A stretch of 64,000 nucleotides of DNA from NCBI GenBank assembly GCA_046290385.1, contig JBKAGM010000001.1, positions 1,026 to 65,025 on the forward strand. Reading direction: 5' to 3'. Source of the DNA: Gammaproteobacteria bacterium (GTDB lineage: Bacteria; Pseudomonadota; Gammaproteobacteria; JAGOUN01). Of this stretch, positions 1 to 10,581 are shown piece by piece. Position 1 is the stretch's first letter. Every line of letters begins with the position of its first letter. The position numbers and the translations under genes were made by a program. The notes under the pieces were generated by a model. That model worked only from the letters and a program-made list of their open reading frames with translations, was not told the DNA's origin and did not search any database.

Positions 1-24
1 ATTACTTAAGGAAGGAGAAATCGC

Positions 25-462
25 ATGACTCAAACTACCGATGCATTAAAAAAGTTATTGGCAAATACTTATTGTTTAACTATTAAAACACAAAATTATC
101 ATTGGAATATCGAAGGCACTGATTTTTTCCAACTTCATGAAGCTTTCGAAAATCAGTATACAGAGCTTTCAGGGTCTATTGATGAAATTGCAGAACGTGT
201 GCGTGCTTTGGGTGAAAAGGCTCCTGGGAGTTTTTCAGAGTTTGATAAATTAAAAACTTTGGAAGAAGCTCGTGCAAATATTTCTGGTAAAGCAATGGTA
301 GAAGATTTATTGAAGAGTCATGAAGCGCTTTCGTCAGAGCTCCGTCAGGGGATGGAAATTGCTGGGAATGCAAAAGATGATGTAACAACAGGTTTGATGT
401 CAGATCGGTTGTATTTTCATGAAAAAACAGTATGGATGCTAAAAAGCTTTTTAGCGAAGTAG
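25..462 (+). CDS. dps: Dps family ferritin-like DNA-protection protein
   Basis: 145 aa; the N-terminus with the HW..EG.F..LHE..E motif is typical of Dps/DNA starvation protein; complete ORF with a nearby RBS. Confidence 0.8.
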   Translation: MTQTTDALKKLLANTYCLTIKTQNYHWNIEGTDFFQLHEAFENQYTELSGSIDEIAERVRALGEKAPGSFSEFDKLKTLEEARANISGKAMVEDLLKSHEALSSELRQGMEIAGNAKDDVTTGLMSDRLYFHEKTVWMLKSFLAK

Positions 463-685
463 TATAAGTAGTGGTTACCAGACAGTAACCGATTTCCAGG
501 TTTAGCCAAGATTTTACCCGACGCTGATAGTTGCTATAGTGTGATTTATTGTCTGTACAAAAAGCCTCAAAACCGTTATAATTTTAACGTTTTAGTCAAT
601 TGCTATCCGGACTTACCTTTTGGTTATTGCTCCAGGTCTCATTGATATTAACATTTGTTTAACAATTAACCAATAGGAAGTCATT

Positions 686-1021
686 ATGACACAACAATCA
701 AAAATCTATGTAGGGAATCTCCCTTATGAAATTAATGAAGATGGCTTGAGAGACATGTTCGTTAAATATGGTGATATTGCCGAAGTGAAGTTGATCAAAG
801 ATCAAGCAACAGGCCGTTCAAAAGGTTTTGCTTTTATTACCTTTGACCAAGACAGTGCTGCAAAATCAGCCCTAGAGTCAGATGGTACAGAAATACAAAG
901 CCGTCGTATCAAAGTTAGCGCAGCTAGAGAAGATCGTGCTGGTGGCGGTGGTCGTCGCGGTGGCGGCGGTGGCGGCTTTAGAGGCGGCAATGGTGGTGGT
1001 AATTCACGCCAACGCTGGTAA
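686..1021 (+). CDS. RRM-domain RNA-binding protein with a Gly/Arg-rich C-terminal tail
   Basis: RNP-2-like IYVGNL and RNP-1-like KGFAFITF motifs; the tail GGGGRRGGGGGGFRGGNGGG is encoded by GGT/GGC repeats at ~930-1005. Confidence 0.8.
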   Translation: MTQQSKIYVGNLPYEINEDGLRDMFVKYGDIAEVKLIKDQATGRSKGFAFITFDQDSAAKSALESDGTEIQSRRIKVSAAREDRAGGGGRRGGGGGGFRGGNGGGNSRQRW

Positions 1022-1030
1022 GTAGTTACA

Positions 1031-1068
1031 AGGATCAGGCGCTCTGCCTGATCCTTTCTCCTTTCTCC
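1031..1068 (+). terminator. Rho-independent terminator after the RRM gene
   Basis: 10-bp perfect stem aggatcaggc/gcctgatcct with a 5-nt loop, followed by the T/C-rich tract tttctcctttctcc. Confidence 0.5.
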
Positions 1069-1108
1069 CTTGCTACAAGATAAATCTTTAGACTCACTGA
1101 GGTGAACC

Positions 1109-1876
1109 TTGCAGGCATTAAACAAGAAAATCATTCTTATTACTGGAGCATCGAGCGGCATAGGAGAAGCCTGTGCAAAGCAGTGTGCCTTCCAGGGCGC
1201 TAATCTTATTATCACAGCAAGACGATTAGACAAGTTAGAAAAACTAGCCAATGAACTAAAAACACAATATCAGATTTCTGCATTGCCATTACAGTTAGAT
1301 GTTAGAGATAAAGAAGCCGTCAAATCAATGATTCATCAATTACCATCGGATTGGCAAGCCATAGATATTTTAATTAATAATGCTGGGCTTGCTTTAGGGA
1401 ATGATACTGTCGAGCAGGGAAAGCTTAACGATTGGGATACGATGATTGATACGAATATAAAAGGGTTAATGTATGTAACTCGCTATGTACTAAATGGGAT
1501 GATAGAGCGACATCAAGGCCATATTGTTAATATCAGCTCTGTTGCCGGTTCGCAAGTTTATCCAGGCGGCAACATTTATTGTGCAACGAAACATGCTGTA
1601 AAGGCATTCAGTGAAGCGCTAAGACTAGATTTACTAGGAAAACCAATACGTGTCACGGATATTGCACCAGGTGCGGTGGAAACAGAATTTAGTCGGGTCA
1701 GGTGGAATAATCAAAAAAAATCGGATGAATTTTACAAAGATTTTACCTCGTTAATCGCCGATGATATAGCAGACACCGTTGTGTATTGCATCACCCGTCC
1801 AAAACATGTCAATATATCAGAGATGCTTGTGATGCCGACAGACCAAGCTTCAGTGAATTTTATACATAGACAATAA
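1109..1876 (+). CDS. short-chain dehydrogenase/reductase (YdfG-like NADP-dependent oxidoreductase)
   Basis: TGASSGIG Rossmann motif; S..Y...K catalytic spacing; TTG start preceded by a gaggtga RBS. Confidence 0.8.
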   Translation: MQALNKKIILITGASSGIGEACAKQCAFQGANLIITARRLDKLEKLANELKTQYQISALPLQLDVRDKEAVKSMIHQLPSDWQAIDILINNAGLALGNDTVEQGKLNDWDTMIDTNIKGLMYVTRYVLNGMIERHQGHIVNISSVAGSQVYPGGNIYCATKHAVKAFSEALRLDLLGKPIRVTDIAPGAVETEFSRVRWNNQKKSDEFYKDFTSLIADDIADTVVYCITRPKHVNISEMLVMPTDQASVNFIHRQ

Positions 1877-1904
1877 ATGATGGTTTAATTCAGGGAGAAT
1901 AACC

Positions 1905-2396
1905 ATGAAAAATGACATGGATATTGTATTTCGTCCAGCTGTCGAAGATGATTTTGAAATACTCAATAACCTCGTTCGAGCTTCTAAAGGCCATTGGGGA
2001 TATTCGAAAAAGTTCATGGACGGCTTCATGGAATATTTTCATCTCACACCACAACATTTAATAAATTCAACTTTGCATGTCATGCTAACTGAAAATGAAA
2101 TCGTAGGCGTGACGGGATTTAAAAAAAACAGCCAAGATTTATTGGAATTGGAATATTTTTTTATACATTCTTCCCAGCTTGGTAAGGGCTATGGAAGAGC
2201 TTTATGGAAGTATACCTGCCAGCTAGCAGAGAAATTTACAGAAAGCGAATTTATTTTATGGAGTGATCCACACGCTGAAGTCTTTTATCATAAAATGGGG
2301 TGTGAGAAAATTGGGGAAAGAGAATCACCTCTACTTCCAAATCGTAACCCCCCAATTCTGCGTTATGAATTAAGCTTATCAAAGACAGAGAAATAA
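1905..2396 (+). CDS. GNAT family N-acetyltransferase
   Basis: 163 aa; GNAT-like acetyl-CoA binding region (SQLGKGYGRALW). Confidence 0.6.
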   Translation: MKNDMDIVFRPAVEDDFEILNNLVRASKGHWGYSKKFMDGFMEYFHLTPQHLINSTLHVMLTENEIVGVTGFKKNSQDLLELEYFFIHSSQLGKGYGRALWKYTCQLAEKFTESEFILWSDPHAEVFYHKMGCEKIGERESPLLPNRNPPILRYELSLSKTEK

Positions 2397-2397
2397 C

Positions 2398-3696
2398 ATG
2401 GTTGTTTTTAAGAAAAATCATTTTAGATGGATGATTGTAGGGTTGCTTTTTTTTATCACGATTACTAACTATATTGATCGTGCCTCTATTTCTTACGCTA
2501 TAGATGAAATGATCACATTATTTCATTTAAGCGATACACAAGCAGGGTTGATTTTAGGAGCATTTGGTATTGGTTATGCAGTTACTACTTTTTTAGGTGG
2601 GATTGCAGTTGATCGTTATGGATCACGTATAACTTTATTTATCGCGGTCCTTTTATGGTCCTTAGCGATAATGCTAACAGGGCTTGCGACGGGTTTTTTA
2701 TTTGTGCTGATAACGCGCGCTTTATTAGGTTTATCGGAAGGTCCTAATTTTCCAGGAATGACACGGGCAATTGGAGATTGGTTGCCTAAAAAAGAACGCG
2801 CTTCTGCATTGTCATATGCTTTAATTGCTGTCCCAATAGCGCTGGCTATTGGTGGGCCTATTGTTTCAGAATTAATTATTTATGTTTCCTGGCGTGGTAT
2901 GTTTATCGTGTTGGGGATTATCAGTCTAATTTGGCTGCCATTTTGGTGGTTCTTGTTCCATAATTTTCCTGAACAATCCAAAAAAGTTAGTGAAAATGAA
3001 TTACAGATTATTCGTGAAGGAAAAAATGTAAATTTGCTCGATGAAGACACTGTATTTCAAGAGCGAAAGGCAGTGAAAAATCTATGGCCCTATTTGTTTT
3101 CAAATCCCACGTTGATTTCAAACTATTGGGCGTTTTTTGTATTTGGATATTATTTGTTTTTCTTTATGACATGGTTGCCAAATTATTTATTAGAACATTA
3201 TCATCTACATTTAGCAGAAATTGGACTATTTACTGTTTTGCCTTGGACATTAGCCGCTATTATGATGTGGATCGTTGGGCGATTGTCTGATTATATTTTT
3301 CATAAAACAGAGAGTCATCGCTGGTCTCGCTCATTTCCTATTTGGATATCACAGCTAATAGCAGCAGTTTGTATCATCCCAATCATTTTTACAAATGATG
3401 CCTATATAGCTATTTTATTTATTTCATTAGCTGTAGGTTTTAGCATGAGTGCCAATGGAACGTTTTATGCAGTAAATATCGATGTTGCAAAAAAACGTGC
3501 GGGGACAGCCCTAGGGATTATGGATACGGCTTTTGCATTATCTGGATTTTTAGCGCCAGCGATTACTGGTTGGAGTGTGACAGTAACGGGAAATTTTAAA
3601 ACGGCATTTGTGTTACTAGCTATTTTAGGAGTTTCTTCAGTGATTGTTGTATTGTTATTTCATCAACCAGATACATCAAAAAAACTTGAATCATAA
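2398..3696 (+). CDS. MFS transporter
   Basis: 432 aa; 12 predicted hydrophobic helices; the D-R-x-G-R-like motif DRYGSR lies between TM2 and TM3. Confidence 0.75.
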   Translation: MVVFKKNHFRWMIVGLLFFITITNYIDRASISYAIDEMITLFHLSDTQAGLILGAFGIGYAVTTFLGGIAVDRYGSRITLFIAVLLWSLAIMLTGLATGFLFVLITRALLGLSEGPNFPGMTRAIGDWLPKKERASALSYALIAVPIALAIGGPIVSELIIYVSWRGMFIVLGIISLIWLPFWWFLFHNFPEQSKKVSENELQIIREGKNVNLLDEDTVFQERKAVKNLWPYLFSNPTLISNYWAFFVFGYYLFFFMTWLPNYLLEHYHLHLAEIGLFTVLPWTLAAIMMWIVGRLSDYIFHKTESHRWSRSFPIWISQLIAAVCIIPIIFTNDAYIAILFISLAVGFSMSANGTFYAVNIDVAKKRAGTALGIMDTAFALSGFLAPAITGWSVTVTGNFKTAFVLLAILGVSSVIVVLLFHQPDTSKKLES

Positions 3697-3732
3697 GCAG
3701 GTAAATAATTTATTCTCCGTCGATTATTAAGT

Positions 3733-4659
3733 TTAAGCAACCATCTTCGCATGTTTTTGTATTTTATGCACAGCGCCAAATAATATTGTGATGCTAATTA
3801 ATAGGCTGATGGTGAAAACAAAGCTTGAAAATTTAATTCTTGGATCTAATAATTCCATGAAAAACGTCATTGCGGGAAGTATTGGAGTAACAAGCGCGAC
3901 AGCGATGGCATTCGTTAATGTAATCCCTTTTTGTGCAAAATACATGGGAATGATAGTCGAAGTAAAGGATAATAAGACGATAGGCCATGCTTCATGTGCA
4001 TTTGGAATCATGCGTTGATGCATCGTATATAAAATAATAAAAGCAATAAAAAGCGTTAGATAAAAACGTATTGCTAAAATTTGTATGGAAGTAAAGTCAC
4101 GACGACTTAAGCATTCCGCATGTATAGTATTAAAAGCGCTTGAAATGCCTGATATAAGACAAAAACTAATACCAAGTAGTAATTTTTTTGAAGTTAAGGC
4201 ATGTGATGTCTCATTTTTATGGATAAGGTGAACGCAGAGTATAGTAATCAAAGTAAAAAGCATCATAGATAAGAGAAAATCAATAGCAGTTGGTTTAGTG
4301 GTTTCTTTGTGAAAGTGAGAAATAAGCATCGTCGAAATGGTTAATGCTGCAAAACCAATAGATAAAGCAATGGCGGGCTCAATGTATTTCAAAGCATAAA
4401 TTAGGGCTAGCCATGCAACCGCAGTACTAAAGTTAATTTTAGTGACAAGAAAAATATCTTTTTTAAACTTTTGAAAGGTTTCTTTGCGTTGTTTGCAAAT
4501 AGCAACAGAGTAAAATAGAACGGTGATCACAAAAACATATGAGGCTAAAAGGTATTGGCTAATAGAAAGTTCGTAGTGCCCCATAGCAACCTGTGCAAAG
4601 CAGGAAAAGAGGCAATATATAAATAGGAAAAATATTCCTGAGTTATATGTGTTTTTCAT
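3733..4659 (-). CDS. DMT/EamA-like polytopic membrane transporter
   Basis: 308 aa; ~10 hydrophobic segments in two halves. Confidence 0.5.
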   Translation of the reverse strand: MKNTYNSGIFFLFIYCLFSCFAQVAMGHYELSISQYLLASYVFVITVLFYSVAICKQRKETFQKFKKDIFLVTKINFSTAVAWLALIYALKYIEPAIALSIGFAALTISTMLISHFHKETTKPTAIDFLLSMMLFTLITILCVHLIHKNETSHALTSKKLLLGISFCLISGISSAFNTIHAECLSRRDFTSIQILAIRFYLTLFIAFIILYTMHQRMIPNAHEAWPIVLLSFTSTIIPMYFAQKGITLTNAIAVALVTPILPAMTFFMELLDPRIKFSSFVFTISLLISITILFGAVHKIQKHAKMVA

Positions 4660-4733
4660 CTCGGAATTCTCGCTGCTCTAGCGAACTTCCATTTTCGTTT
4701 AGCTCAGATTAAATCCTTGAGAGCTGCTGTTTT

Positions 4734-5228
4734 CTATTCTGGCACCACAGACGAATGGTGCTCGATAATCTTCCAATCACCATTTTTATCTTTCAAATAT
4801 ACAAAACTAAAGCGCGCAGGAAGTTTTATCGTCTTGCCATTTTTAGTATAAGAAAAGGTATAAAATCCGACGTTAGTTCCTACATTGTCTCCGTAGGTTC
4901 TTGAAATCAACTCTTTGGTAGACACAGAAAGATCTGGTAACGAGGTGAATTTGATAAAATAATCACCAATATCTTTTTCGCCGATTTCAACGTTTTTGAA
5001 TAATAAATCGTTAGATAATGTAGGTAACAAAACGGCATCTTTCGAATAGAGTAATTTCACGCTAATCGGATTGCCTTTTGCTGTTGTGACGGCTGTTGTC
5101 CATTGCTTATAGGCTGCTTTAAGACCGGATTTATCTGAATTCATGTTTTTTGGAACGAATAAATAACCTAAGAAAATAATAACAACAATAATTAAAATCG
5201 CAACAATAAGTTTGATTTTGTTTTGCAC
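4734..5228 (-). CDS. membrane-anchored NTF2-like (SnoaL/DUF4440-type) protein
   Basis: N-terminal TM anchor, then a ~130-aa domain ending in the GDWKIIEHHSS motif typical of NTF2-like folds. Confidence 0.45.
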   Translation of the reverse strand: MQNKIKLIVAILIIVVIIFLGYLFVPKNMNSDKSGLKAAYKQWTTAVTTAKGNPISVKLLYSKDAVLLPTLSNDLLFKNVEIGEKDIGDYFIKFTSLPDLSVSTKELISRTYGDNVGTNVGFYTFSYTKNGKTIKLPARFSFVYLKDKNGDWKIIEHHSSVVPE

Positions 5229-5367
5229 AGATTTTCCTTAATAATATTGGGAGAAAGTAACTACATGATAAGTCAAAGTGACGCATATGCCAAGCCATTT
5301 TTAATAGCCCAACATTGCTCTTTTGTGTAGAATAGCGATCTAAACAAACATCCAGAGAGAATCAAAT

Positions 5368-6306
5368 ATGTGGCCAAAACAACTTCAAATTTTTCAATTA
5401 TCACGATCAACCTCTATCACATTAGATAGCTTAACCGAACAACTAGGATCGTTAGCATTTCATCCATGTTTACCTTCCATGCCATTGAGCGTGGGTTGGG
5501 CGCCAGTATTAGATGAAGAGGGAGCGCCATTAGTAAGAGCGATGAATCACTATTTATTATTTTCCATGCAAATTGAAGAGAAAATTTTGCCAGCAACTGT
5601 GGTCCGTCAAGCAGTTAATGAAAAAATTAAAGAGATTGAAACAATAGAAAATCGGAAAGTGCGTGGGAAAGAAAAATATTCTCTTAAAGAAGAAACAACT
5701 ATTACGTTATTACCTCAAGCATTTAGTCGATTTTCTCGGGTATATGCGTATATTGATCTAAAAGAGCGACTTTTAATGCTTGGTACCACAAATGCGGCGA
5801 AGACAGAACAGTTTATGAATATTTTTAAAAAAGCAGTTGGTATAGAAGTAACTTCTTTAAATTTAAAAAAATGCGCAACTATTATGACACATTGGTTGAA
5901 AGAAAAAGATTACCCTTCGTCTTTTTCTATTGAAAAAGCATGTGTATTGCAAGATCCTGATCAACAGAATCGTGTGATTCGTTGCCAACAACAAGATTTA
6001 TTTTCTCGATCGATACAGCCGCTGATTAAAGAGGGTTTTGAAGTAAAGCAAATAGCAATGAATTGGTATGATAAAGTTAATTTAGTATTAGTAGATGATT
6101 TTACATTGCGTAGTATTCAGTTCTCTGACGAAGTAAAAGATCAAACAGATGAGTTAGAACCTGAATCAAAATTACAACAGCTTGACGCGGATTTTCTTAT
6201 TTTTTCTGCAACTTTGTCAGAAGTATTGCGAGAATTAATGGCGGTTTTCTTGAAGCAGGAAGCAACGCATTCAAAAGAACAGGAAATGGCGACAGTAGAT
6301 GTCTGA
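5368..6306 (+). CDS. rdgC: recombination-associated protein RdgC
   Basis: 312 aa; the N-terminus MWPKQLQIFQL resembles RdgC MLWFKNL; length and composition fit. Confidence 0.7.
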   Translation: MWPKQLQIFQLSRSTSITLDSLTEQLGSLAFHPCLPSMPLSVGWAPVLDEEGAPLVRAMNHYLLFSMQIEEKILPATVVRQAVNEKIKEIETIENRKVRGKEKYSLKEETTITLLPQAFSRFSRVYAYIDLKERLLMLGTTNAAKTEQFMNIFKKAVGIEVTSLNLKKCATIMTHWLKEKDYPSSFSIEKACVLQDPDQQNRVIRCQQQDLFSRSIQPLIKEGFEVKQIAMNWYDKVNLVLVDDFTLRSIQFSDEVKDQTDELEPESKLQQLDADFLIFSATLSEVLRELMAVFLKQEATHSKEQEMATVDV

Positions 6307-6568
6307 ACGCTTTAGATTGGAAGTCTACATCCAACCTGGATCCAAAAAATCAGAAATTGCTGGCAAACATGATGGCCGATTAAAAATTAGAATAAAATCA
6401 CCTCCCGAAGATGGTCGAGCGAACAAAGAAATCATCACTTTTGTTTCCAAATGGCTGGGTATAAAAAAACAGGATGTCAGCATTATTGCTGGCGAGAAGA
6501 GTCGATTTAAGACACTTGCTGTTACGGGCTCTGTAGAACTGCCGTTAAAAAAATTAGCTTGTAAATGA
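6299..6568 (+). CDS. yggU: DUF167/YggU family protein
   Basis: 89 aa; V.PG.K...I......L.I.....P.DG.AN motif; 8-nt overlap with rdgC. Confidence 0.7.
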   Translation: MSERFRLEVYIQPGSKKSEIAGKHDGRLKIRIKSPPEDGRANKEIITFVSKWLGIKKQDVSIIAGEKSRFKTLAVTGSVELPLKKLACK

Positions 6569-6758
6569 TAAAAAACCACTAGAATATTCTTCCTGATTTA
6601 ACTTGCAAATTTAAGGGGAAAAATTAGGCGCGTTTCTTTGGTCTACACAATCCTAGAAAGTCTCATTATAATCAAAACACTTCACCTCAGTGGATTTGGC
6701 TCAACAAATCATTATTTTAGTTTTTAATAAAAATCGATACTAGTTAAGGAAAAATCTT

Positions 6759-7055
6759 ATGACACGAACAATTAAATGCTTAATGCTATTAACACTTTTA
6801 AACCCTATTATGGCACATGCAGCTTCGGGATATAGTAGCAGCGGATTTATTCTCATCGATGTTTTACAAGATCTAATTGATTTGATCACAACACAAATTG
6901 GAGGGCTCGTTTTTGTGTTAGCCATGTCAGGTGTGGGATATTTTTGGTTAAAACAAGGACGAATTGAAAAGTCTACAGCAGTCACATCATTGGTTGCAAT
7001 GTCCATGATATATGGGAGCAGTTGGTTGGCACAGTATTTTGGATTTTCATCATGA
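6759..7055 (+). CDS. virB2: VirB2-like T4SS pilin
   Basis: 98 aa; signal peptide plus two hydrophobic segments; first gene of the virB operon. Confidence 0.6.
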   Translation: MTRTIKCLMLLTLLNPIMAHAASGYSSSGFILIDVLQDLIDLITTQIGGLVFVLAMSGVGYFWLKQGRIEKSTAVTSLVAMSMIYGSSWLAQYFGFSS

Positions 7056-7345
7056 GTCAAGAAAATGATTTAAAAATTAGCCCTTTATTTTACGGTTTAA
7101 CTAGACCACCAATGTTGCTGGGGATAACAGTCGATTATTTGTTTGTCTGCTTTTTATTATCTTATGGGTTATTTATGTTAACAGCTAATCCGATTTATTT
7201 AGTGTCATATATCCCACTACATATCTTTGGATGGATCGCATGCAAAATAGACCCTAATATTTTTCGAGTCATTATGAAAAGAATCTCATGCGGAACAGTA
7301 CGAAACAAAATGATTTGGGGATGTCAAAGTTATGAGCCATTCTAA
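7052..7345 (+). CDS. virB3: VirB3-like T4SS inner-membrane protein
   Basis: ~97 aa; conserved GLTRP motif; ATGA overlap with virB2, and virB3 overlaps the virB4 start. Confidence 0.65.
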   Translation: MSQENDLKISPLFYGLTRPPMLLGITVDYLFVCFLLSYGLFMLTANPIYLVSYIPLHIFGWIACKIDPNIFRVIMKRISCGTVRNKMIWGCQSYEPF

Positions 7346-9839
7346 TCGTATAAATGCTGTTCGAAGTGAAACGGGGGTTTCTAACCATTTTCCTGTAACA
7401 CATCTTAACGATCCTACGATATTTGAAACAGAAAATGGCATGGTTGCTATGGTGTTACGTTTTGACGGGATTGTATCAGATGCAAAACGTAATGAAGTCT
7501 TAAATCAACAAAAATTCATCCTACACCGCGCTATTACATTATTAGATGACAGATTTTCGGTGATGGTGAATATACATCGTCATCGCAAGAGTACTGTTCT
7601 TAAAGGAAAATTTGAAAATACTTTCTCGAGAATTTTAAATCAACAATATCATTCTCAGTTTATAAAAAAATCCATGTATGTAAATGACATATATATGGTA
7701 GTGATGTACAAAGGTTTAAGTTCTGGAAAAATGGGGAAAGGGTTGCGCGTGTTTCAAAAGATGAAACACAAGGCAGTTAAAACATCCAGAGAAGTAACAC
7801 GCCAATCACAGATTAAATCTTTAAAAGAACGAGTTGAGCAGATTAGAACACTGCTGTCTTCATTCAAGCCAATTCTGCTCGGCGAACATGATCAGAAGCT
7901 TGGTTACAGTGAAATACTACACTATTTGAGTTTGCCGGTTAATGGTGGAGAGCCATTAAGAATGCCATATGCTTCTTACACTATGCCAATTGGTCGGACA
8001 CTTCAATCAGCTAAAAAATCTATACAGTTATATCCACATGGTAAAATCTCTCAATTTTTGACAAATAAACAGATTTTCTTTGGTGAATATATTCAATTTC
8101 AAGGGCCAACTAAAAAAGATGTGACGTTCGGCGCCATGTTAAGCATTAAACAATATGGTACTGAAAGTGCAAATGTAATGTTTGATAAATTATTACATTG
8201 CAATTGTGAGTTTATCGCGACACATACTTTTTCTGTAGAAGCTAAAGATGTCGCGCTTGGTTTTATGAGCAAGCATATTCGTCGCATGCAAAATGTTAAT
8301 GATCCTGCTGCTTCACAAATTGAGTCATTGCACGAAGCTCGGGATTTATTAGGTGGAGACCGTTTGAGTATGGGATATCATCATCATACCGTTATGTTGT
8401 TAGAAAAATCCGTAGCAGCACTTGAATCAGCGATCAGTGAATGTGTAAAAGTTTATGCAGATGTGGGTTTTGTCGCTGTTAGGGAAACACTAGGACAAGA
8501 GCCAGCATTTTGGGCGCAAATCCCTGGTAATTTTAAGCATATTGCTCGTGCCAGTTTGATTACGTCAGAAAATTTTGTTGATTTTTCACCATTACATAAT
8601 TATCCGATCGGATTTTATGATGCTAACCATTTGGGCAGTGCAGTGACACTGTTAGAAACGCCCTCAAAAACACCTTATTATTTTAATTTTCATGTGAGAG
8701 GAAGTCGTGAAAATCCTTCGAAAGGACATGCAATATTAATTGGAGGGAATGGTTCGGGTAAAACAGCTATGATGACATTCATGGACGCACAATTAGGGCG
8801 ATATGGTGGAAATACTTTTTATTTTGATCGCGATAGAGGTGCTGAAATATATATTCGAGCTTCGTCTGGAATATACGCTATTTTATCACCTAACTTTCCA
8901 GAAGACACTCAGTTTTCCCCATTACAGTTACCTGATACGCCAGCAAATCGTCAATTTAATCGTGATCTCTTAGTGCAATTTTGTAAAGAGAGCGAAAGTG
9001 AAGAGTTGAATGCAGAAATCATAAATCAGTTAACAGAATGCATCCATTATGCTTATGATCACTTAGCTAGCGAGCATCGTACGTTTTCTCATGCAACACG
9101 AATACTGCCAATGAATTTCTCCAAATGGCCAAACCTACGACGATGGCTCAAAGGTGATGAAAAACATCATGACGGTGAATATGCCTACATTTTCGATAAT
9201 TCAGAGGATCATTTGGCATTACATAGCAAGATGGGTTTTGATATGACTCACTTTCTCGATCATGAGCCTGCACATGTTCGAACAGCGGTCATGATGTATC
9301 TTTTTCATCGTATTGATCTGGCGATAGAAGGTAAGGCTAATAATGCTTCTGGCAGGCTTACGACCGTTATGTTAGATGAAGGTTGGCAATACTTTATAGA
9401 TGCCTATTGGAAGGAGAAACTCAAGCGTGTTTTGCCGACATGGCGTAAACGTAACGCACATTTGGTCATGGGTACACAGTCTCCAAGCAGTGTCGTTCAA
9501 TCACCACTTCGATCCATCATAATGGACAATGTCGCGACACAAATCTACTTTACAAATCCTCAAGCAACACGAGAAGACTATATTAATGGATTAAGATTGA
9601 GTGATTCTGAATATGACATTATTCAAAAAAATTCACCAGAATCACGAGTATTTTTACTCAAACAAGAGCATGACTCGGTGGTGTGTCGACTGAATTTAGG
9701 ACACTTATCTGATCTATTGGCTGTGCTTTCTGGGAATACAGCATCGGTACAATTGCTTGATCGAATAAGAAAAGAGTTTGGTGATAACCCAGAAGAGTGG
9801 CTTCCTATCTTTCATCAGCGCCGAAAGGAATTGATATAA
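7332..9839 (+). CDS. virB4: VirB4 T4SS ATPase
   Basis: 835 aa; Walker A GGNGSGKT; Walker B MLDEGW; VirB4/CagE architecture. Confidence 0.9.
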   Translation: MSHSNRINAVRSETGVSNHFPVTHLNDPTIFETENGMVAMVLRFDGIVSDAKRNEVLNQQKFILHRAITLLDDRFSVMVNIHRHRKSTVLKGKFENTFSRILNQQYHSQFIKKSMYVNDIYMVVMYKGLSSGKMGKGLRVFQKMKHKAVKTSREVTRQSQIKSLKERVEQIRTLLSSFKPILLGEHDQKLGYSEILHYLSLPVNGGEPLRMPYASYTMPIGRTLQSAKKSIQLYPHGKISQFLTNKQIFFGEYIQFQGPTKKDVTFGAMLSIKQYGTESANVMFDKLLHCNCEFIATHTFSVEAKDVALGFMSKHIRRMQNVNDPAASQIESLHEARDLLGGDRLSMGYHHHTVMLLEKSVAALESAISECVKVYADVGFVAVRETLGQEPAFWAQIPGNFKHIARASLITSENFVDFSPLHNYPIGFYDANHLGSAVTLLETPSKTPYYFNFHVRGSRENPSKGHAILIGGNGSGKTAMMTFMDAQLGRYGGNTFYFDRDRGAEIYIRASSGIYAILSPNFPEDTQFSPLQLPDTPANRQFNRDLLVQFCKESESEELNAEIINQLTECIHYAYDHLASEHRTFSHATRILPMNFSKWPNLRRWLKGDEKHHDGEYAYIFDNSEDHLALHSKMGFDMTHFLDHEPAHVRTAVMMYLFHRIDLAIEGKANNASGRLTTVMLDEGWQYFIDAYWKEKLKRVLPTWRKRNAHLVMGTQSPSSVVQSPLRSIIMDNVATQIYFTNPQATREDYINGLRLSDSEYDIIQKNSPESRVFLLKQEHDSVVCRLNLGHLSDLLAVLSGNTASVQLLDRIRKEFGDNPEEWLPIFHQRRKELI

Positions 9840-10558
9840 TGAAGTATTCAGAAAAAGTAAAAAAATGGATATTTTTAATAGGTCTCATTCCACTATCATG
9901 TTATGCAGTAATGCCAGTCATTGACCCAAATGCAATAGAACAATTGATAAAAGAGTACAGGCAGTTAAAAAATCAATATGATTTGTTGAAAGATACATAC
10001 AATAATCAACTTGCCCAGCTTCAACAGGGTAAACAAATGGTTCAGGATGCTGAAGGGCACTACGGCTATGGAGGACTGATTAATAGCGATAGTAATTTGA
10101 AATCGCGCGAATGGTCTCCAGACAATTGGCAAGATGCATTAAAAGGTTTATCAGGAGGTAATCCTGAGCGATATCAGGAGTTAGCACTACAATATCAGAA
10201 AGCACATCCAACAATGGCATTAGATGAGTTCAAGAAAGGTTCCAGCGATGAAAATGCTGATTTGTATCAAAAAAAGTCGCAGGCAACACAAGCAGCTACA
10301 GTCAATGCAACCTACGCTTTTAATGATATTAAACAACATTTAGAAAATATTCATAAAATATCAGAAAAAATCGATACGGCTGAAAATACAAAGGCAGCCG
10401 TTGACTTGAATACACGCATGCAAACAGAAATGGCTTATGTACAAGTCCAGATGCTCAAGCAAGTTGCTATTCTTAATGAACAAATGGCAGAGCGGAGTCA
10501 AGAAGAGCTTTCTGCTGATAAACAAGCGGCAGAATTTAATCGTTTACCGGATGAATAG
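9839..10558 (+). CDS. virB5: VirB5-like minor pilus subunit
   Basis: ~239 aa from MKYSEK; signal peptide; coiled-coil-rich secreted protein in the VirB5 position; its start overlaps the virB4 stop. Confidence 0.5.
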   Translation: MKYSEKVKKWIFLIGLIPLSCYAVMPVIDPNAIEQLIKEYRQLKNQYDLLKDTYNNQLAQLQQGKQMVQDAEGHYGYGGLINSDSNLKSREWSPDNWQDALKGLSGGNPERYQELALQYQKAHPTMALDEFKKGSSDENADLYQKKSQATQAATVNATYAFNDIKQHLENIHKISEKIDTAENTKAAVDLNTRMQTEMAYVQVQMLKQVAILNEQMAERSQEELSADKQAAEFNRLPDE

Positions 10559-10581
10559 TTTTAAATATACGAGGGAAATAG

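Noticed and set aside
176-388. 70-aa antisense ORF inside dps
   Set aside because: It lies entirely within a well-supported sense gene and has no RBS.
802-1251. 149-aa antisense ORF opposite the RRM gene and the SDR start
   Set aside because: It is Pro/Arg-rich only because it is the reverse complement of the GGN glycine-codon repeat, and it spans an intergenic terminator. It is an artefact of repeat composition.
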